Origin: Trichoplax adhaerens
Taxonomy: Eukaryota; Animalia; Placozoa
NCBI RefSeq assembly: GCF_000150275.1
Contig: NW_002061000.1
Span: 1-14,649 of the forward strand
Reading direction: 5' to 3'
DNA: 14,649 nt
The translations under genes and the position numbers were made by a program. Shown here in pieces: positions 10,558-14,649 of the stretch. Position 1 is the stretch's first letter, and every line of letters starts with the position of its first letter. The notes below the pieces were generated by a model that was not told the DNA's origin, ran no database searches, and saw nothing but the letters and a program-made list of their open reading frames with translations.

Positions 10558-11085
10558 TGTAACGTAACTAAGTATTGGGAAGTTAATTATTACCTATATT
10601 AAGATAGACGAATTGCAGCGTGGCATAATAAATGTATTAAAAGCTATATTAATAGTCCATAACCGTAGAATATAAGTAAAGGTTTTATGCTAACGCACAG
10701 ATGATCATATACGGTAGGGTATTGTGTCACTATTGATTCTAGAGATAAAAGAATTGATTTGTAATTCATATGGTAGGATGTTGATAATTGATCGTATTTC
10801 GTCTAGTTGGAAATAATATCATCATAAATACTGTAGCAATCACCATAATAGTTTGTAAAAGGTCCTCCATAGTACAGTATATGTTGCTAATAATAGCCTG
10901 ATCACTTGTAAAATAAGTACCGTAGAACGATATTATACTAACGTTAACTACAGAGACTACGAAGAGTAAACGTAAAAGCAGATAACTTTAGATTTTTTAG
11001 TGATTATTTCTAAAGGTCGCTCTAGTCTTGTATCCAGCTAAAGCTGTACGTAAACAATCTTCTGTTTTAAATAAATTTTCTACCA
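10558..11085 (-). repeat. Interspersed repeat copy C, inverted relative to copies A and B
   Basis: Reverse complement aligns along copy B (e.g. caatacttagttacgttaca vs caatactaagtttcgttaca; gctacagtattt...gatattatt). Ends approximate. Confidence 0.75.
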
Positions 11086-11349
11086 TATCTAATATATTTA
11101 AAACTTACAGTATCGAGCTCATTATAGGAATGACTGATTTTTAAAGCTAGAGCAAGTATTGTACAGTGTCTACTCATCAAAATAGAAGAAATATCAATTC
11201 AGTTAAAATTTTAAAGTATCAGTACGGCAAATGTTCAATACAGTATATTGAATTATGATTAATTTTATTTTGGATAAAAACTCCTGATAATAAGATGCTA
11301 GTCTAAGTTTGGCATTTAAACTGTCTGAAGATTGACTTCATTTACCTAG

Positions 11350-11421
11350 TAATGTGGAATCTGGTGACTTGTATCACTTAGATTGTGATCTATTAACTCA
11401 ATTACCTAATCTTCGGAAGAT
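11350..11421 (+). CDS. LRR exon 10 (72 nt)
   Basis: tttacctag|T...AAG AT|gtaagt, NVESGDLYHLDCDLLTQLPNLRK(I). Confidence 0.87.
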
Positions 11422-11643
11422 GTAAGTATCAAATTACCTATTTAACCAACGGGTTACTGTTTCAAATGTATAATCCTAATAATTAAAAAGTAAAATAATA
11501 AATAGAATGGGTCAACTATATACAATAAAATGAATGTGACTGGGGTTATAGCTGATGATAACGTTAAGAGCACTCTTTTATTCAGTTTAACACAATTGTT
11601 AGTTTTCTATTTTCAATAACGATAAAGATGTAACATAAGTTAG

Positions 11644-11715
11644 ATATCTAAATGGAACATTATGATAGAAAATAAAACTTTATTGTTGCATCTATATTAC
11701 TAAAGCTTACTTTAA
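11644..11715 (+). pseudogene. Possible decayed LRR cassette
   Basis: ttag|A then YLNG, frameshift, IMIENKTL, resembling YLxGNxIxxIENxTF. Stops in the entry frame; no donor. Confidence 0.3.
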
Positions 11716-11834
11716 AATTTACAACATGAGATTTTATACAGAAGAATTTTGACATTGATTGTTGGATTAATGAGATCGAGCATCTTTGTGCTATTTTTAA
11801 TGCTACTACTAATGCAATTTCAATTAAATTTTAG

Positions 11835-11906
11835 CCATCTAAAGAATAATCAAATTGAAACCATTTGCCAAGAAACGTTTCAAAATCAAACTAGACTAAT
11901 CGAATT
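11835..11906 (+). CDS. LRR exon 11 (72 nt)
   Basis: attttag|C...GAA TT|gtaaaa, HLKNNQIETICQETFQNQTRLIE(L). Confidence 0.94.
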
Positions 11907-12115
11907 GTAAAAATAAATTCAAACTATTAAATACAGTATTCAAGAAGTTTTATTTTGTCTTCTTCATTTATTCTTTAATTCTATCGGATAGCGAAAATGT
12001 ATCTTGACTAACAGCTAGTAATATTTATGAAGACCTAATAAATCCAGATAGAACTTATTAATAACATGTAAATAATATGCATTAATACCAACGACCAACT
12101 TGCTGTATATTTTAG

Positions 12116-12187
12116 AGATTTGTCGAATAACCAGATAAGTGTCCTATCAAACAAGATATTCTCTACGCTGTCACATTTAAGAACCAT
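12116..12187 (+). CDS. LRR exon 12 (72 nt)
   Basis: tattttag|A...ACC AT|gtaagc, DLSNNQISVLSNKIFSTLSHLRT(M). Confidence 0.95.
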
Positions 12188-12486
12188 GTAAGCAAAATTT
12201 GCCTAAAGTAGTGCGATATCAAAGTTTTCATTCAATGGCTTAACTTTAGGATGCAATCAATATAAAGTGCAGTTAATCTAGCATAATCTGCATACAGTAC
12301 ACTACAGATCAAACAATTACCGATCTTGTAATAGATAAAAATTTTAAATTCTGAAAAATCAACTGCACTGGTTCATGGTATAAATTGATGTAAGGTTGTA
12401 TGGAAAACTTTATAAAAAAATGAAAATACGCTGAATGTAATGCTATTTTGGGTATAATATATGAATAATTTTAAAAATTAATTTAG

Positions 12487-12558
12487 GATACTAGTTGCTA
12501 ATAGGATTCAGCAACTTCCAGCAGAGATATTTTTAGGGCTTTATTCTTTGGAGAAGTT
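12487..12558 (+). CDS. LRR exon 13 (72 nt)
   Basis: aatttag|G...AAG TT|gtaagt, ILVANRIQQLPAEIFLGLYSLEK(L). Confidence 0.95.
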
Positions 12559-12921
12559 GTAAGTAAATTATTTTGTCAATGCACTTAACAAATTATCTGC
12601 AAAATCTGCATGAAATGATATGAAATTTATCGAAACCCTTGCATTGATAATATTATAGTCGAACACTGTTTCCTTAATCAGTCAATTTTGTTCTTTATTA
12701 ATAGTAAGTAAGTGCAATCACTGTAGTCTTTCTTCTATTTTTAATTCAATTCATTTTGCTAAATTTAGTGAATTGATGCGATCTTTGATTAGTTTTCTGC
12801 CTGTCTTTTTACAATATTAGCGATGAAAACAGTCAATTGATTTTAGAGTTCGATCAATTATGGTTAGAGTCAATGATGATTAAACTATAAACTAATATGA
12901 AAAGTAATTAAATTTAATTAG

Positions 12922-12952
12922 AGACTTGAGAAATAACATTTAGAATCAATCC
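12922..12952 (+). CDS. LRR exon 14, 5' part only, truncated by gap, with an apparent 1-nt deletion
   Basis: aattag|A then DLRNN, then TAG at 12941 in frame. Restoring one base gives DLRNNxLESI(P). The lesion is next to the gap and may be a read error. Confidence 0.7.
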
Positions 12953-13399
12953 NNNNNNNNNNNNNNNNNNNNNNNNNNNNNNNNNNNNNNNNNNNNNNNN
13001 NNNNNNNNNNNNNNNNNNNNNNNNNNNNNNNNNNNNNNNNNNNNNNNNNNNNNNNNNNNNNNNNNNNNNNNNNNNNNNNNNNNNNNNNNNNNNNNNNNNN
13101 NNNNNNNNNNNNNNNNNNNNNNNNNNNNNNNNNNNNNNNNNNNNNNNNNNNNNNNNNNNNNNNNNNNNNNNNNNNNNNNNNNNNNNNNNNNNNNNNNNNN
13201 NNNNNNNNNNNNNNNNNNNNNNNNNNNNNNNNNNNNNNNNNNNNNNNNNNNNNNNNNNNNNNNNNNNNNNNNNNNNNNNNNNNNNNNNNNNNNNNNNNNN
13301 NNNNNNNNNNNNNNNNNNNNNNNNNNNNNNNNNNNNNNNNNNNNNNNNNNNNNNNNNNNNNNNNNNNNNNNNNNNNNNNNNNNNNNNNNNNNNNNNNNN
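12953..13399. other. Assembly gap (447 N); probably hides LRR sequence
   Basis: Run of n that begins inside an exon. Confidence 0.99.
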
Positions 13400-13782
13400 T
13401 GTAACTATCGATAGCTCCATTCAAAAATGTAAAGATTGTAAATCTTAAACTATGTACATACTACCGAAATAGAATCATGGCTAGGTATGATCAAGCAACA
13501 CCATATACGCATCCGATACTAATACTGCGTTTTAAGTTATTAAAAGTAATAAAAATCTTGTGTTGTTACAAACAGTTGATTTTTGATCAAATCTTACTTA
13601 ATGCAGTATGCTATAAAAGGTTCTTTAGTCACTGTATTGCAAAACATGAAAGTAAAATGTCTTTTTAAAAATATGCTACTCTACTACACTCAAACGTGTT
13701 TCCTATAATTGGTTGAGAGAGGATAGGAAATACGAAATTTTTCAATTGCAAGTATAGTGTTGAAGTCCAAAGGTTTATTTTG

Positions 13783-13860
13783 TACATTGGAAAACGTTAA
13801 TAGAATGCAAACTTTGCCTAGAGCTTAGCTATAGTCGAAGATCAAATTTTTTATAAAGCT
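13783..13860 (+). pseudogene. Possible decayed LRR cassette (78 nt)
   Basis: TLENVNRMQTLPRA*L*SKIKFFIK(L): two TAG stops, ttttg in place of an AG acceptor, no GT at the expected donor. Confidence 0.4.
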
Positions 13861-13976
13861 ACAGTAAACGTTATCATCAATCTTATATTCAACTGATGTA
13901 GTTACGATTTTTGTGTTTTATATATATACCACTTACCACTTTTTGTTTACCACTTATGCTATTTATTTTTTTATAG

Positions 13977-14051
13977 AAATTTGGATAAAAATCGCCTTAA
14001 GAATCTTAATTTAGAAGCCTTACAAAACTGTTCGCATAGCCTTCAGGAATT
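13977..14051 (+). CDS. LRR exon 15 (75 nt)
   Basis: ttttttatag|A...GAA TT|gtaaat, NLDKNRLKNLNLEALQNCSHSLQE(L). Confidence 0.92.
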
Positions 14052-14182
14052 GTAAATAAAACCAATTCGTAGATTTTTACAATAAATCAGTTACTATAAA
14101 ATAAGAAATTATCATATACAGGAAATTTTCTCAGATCTTTTACTTGCATTATAAGTATATTACAACGGATCATATTAAGTAG

Positions 14183-14248
14183 ATATACTACAGCAATAAA
14201 ATCGCTTGGAAATATCGGCTATATTTCTTGGATATGCTAATTATTTAG
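14183..14248 (+). pseudogene. Possible decayed LRR cassette with frameshifts
   Basis: Fragments IL / SNKIAW / SAIFLGYANYL joined across two frameshifts; resembles exon 13 (ILVANRI...AEIFLG). Confidence 0.4.
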
Positions 14249-14266
14249 TTTCTATGAATATAACAG

Positions 14267-14355
14267 GTCCTTACAATACTATCTACAAGCCATTACGGAT
14301 ATAAATCTTTCAGACTTTCGTAACAAATTTGTTTATAAAACATTTCTTACACTAG
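14267..14355 (+). CDS. Terminal LRR-like exon (89 nt, phase 2-1)
   Basis: taacag|G...CTA G|gtatgt, SLQYYLQAITDINLSDFRNKFVYKTFLTL. Strong splice sites, open frame. The phase change suggests the end of the LRR array. Confidence 0.65.
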
Positions 14356-14649
14356 GTATGTATCTCAGAATGCCATTTCTCACTTTAATGCAACATTGCT
14401 ATCAATCCTAACTGCTCTAAAAAAGCTGTAAGTTCCTATATTAGCAAATTCTTTTAATGCAATTTTTAAAAACAAACTTAGCACTGTATTTAAATTATTT
14501 CGCTTTGGTAAGATTTTAAGTCTCTTTTCCATTATTTACTCAATAAACATCGGATCATAATTCTACCCTGTTCCATGTAATTCTAATTAAACTATTGTTA
14601 ATGGTATAGTAGTTACTTAAAATAAGGCAGATTCTATTTTCTGATTTCT

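Larger units (their letters stand above)
1999..14355 (+). other. Partial multi-exon gene: LDLa-(decayed pentraxin/LamG)-LRRNT-LRR(n) extracellular protein, probable LGR type C-like (RXFP/GRL101-like) receptor ectodomain; possibly a pseudogene
   Basis: Chain of AG...GT-bounded exons with compatible phases (LDLa 1-1, LRRNT 1-2, LRRs 2-2). Every LRR junction codon is Leu/Ile/Met. N-glycosylation sequons (NGT, NYT, NQT, NCS, NLS) fit an extracellular protein. No confirmed start, transmembrane segment or stop in the window. Confidence 0.8.

Noticed and set aside
10954-11045. AG...AAG CT|gtacgt segment that first looked like a decayed LRR exon
   Set aside because: It aligns as part of inverted repeat copy C and contains several stops.
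12914-13424. Two 168-aa minus-strand ORFs
   Set aside because: Artefacts of the 447-N gap.
13477-13668. 63-aa plus-strand ORF
   Set aside because: No LRR consensus or phase-2 splice pair; likely intronic.
2880-13860. Alternative genetic code as an explanation for the in-frame stops
   Set aside because: All three stop types occur alongside frameshifts and lost splice sites, and the intact exons contain none.
13927-13955. taccact repeated three times
   Set aside because: Trivial micro-duplication in an intron.
6543-14051. CRISPR-like or VLR-like somatically assembled cassette array
   Set aside because: Units are ordinary spliceosomal exons with no identical DNA repeats or recombination signals visible.

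Overview
AT-rich eukaryotic (animal-like) draft genomic DNA with two assembly gaps (6448-6497, 12953-13399). The supplied ORF track is mostly noise because the real gene is split into short GT-AG exons. The + strand carries a partial gene for an extracellular multidomain protein. In order: weak CUB-like remnants; an intact LDL-receptor class A (LDLa) exon (1999-2103); a four-exon pentraxin/LamG-like domain with four in-frame stops (2609-5289); an LRRNT exon (6187-6295); 14 complete phase 2-2 LRR exons of 72-78 nt; one LRR exon truncated by a gap; and a phase 2-1 LRR-like exon (14267-14355). Several decayed LRR-like cassettes lie between the intact ones. LDLa+LRRNT+LRR resembles type-C LGR ectodomains (RXFP/GRL101-like), but no 7TM region is in the window, so that assignment is inference. 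Composition and short introns suggest a compact early-branching animal such as a placozoan (guess). A diverged interspersed repeat occurs three times, and two inverted copies bracket five LRR exons. All translations and alignments were done by eye. I cannot tell from sequence alone whether this is a live gene shedding modules or a decaying pseudogene.
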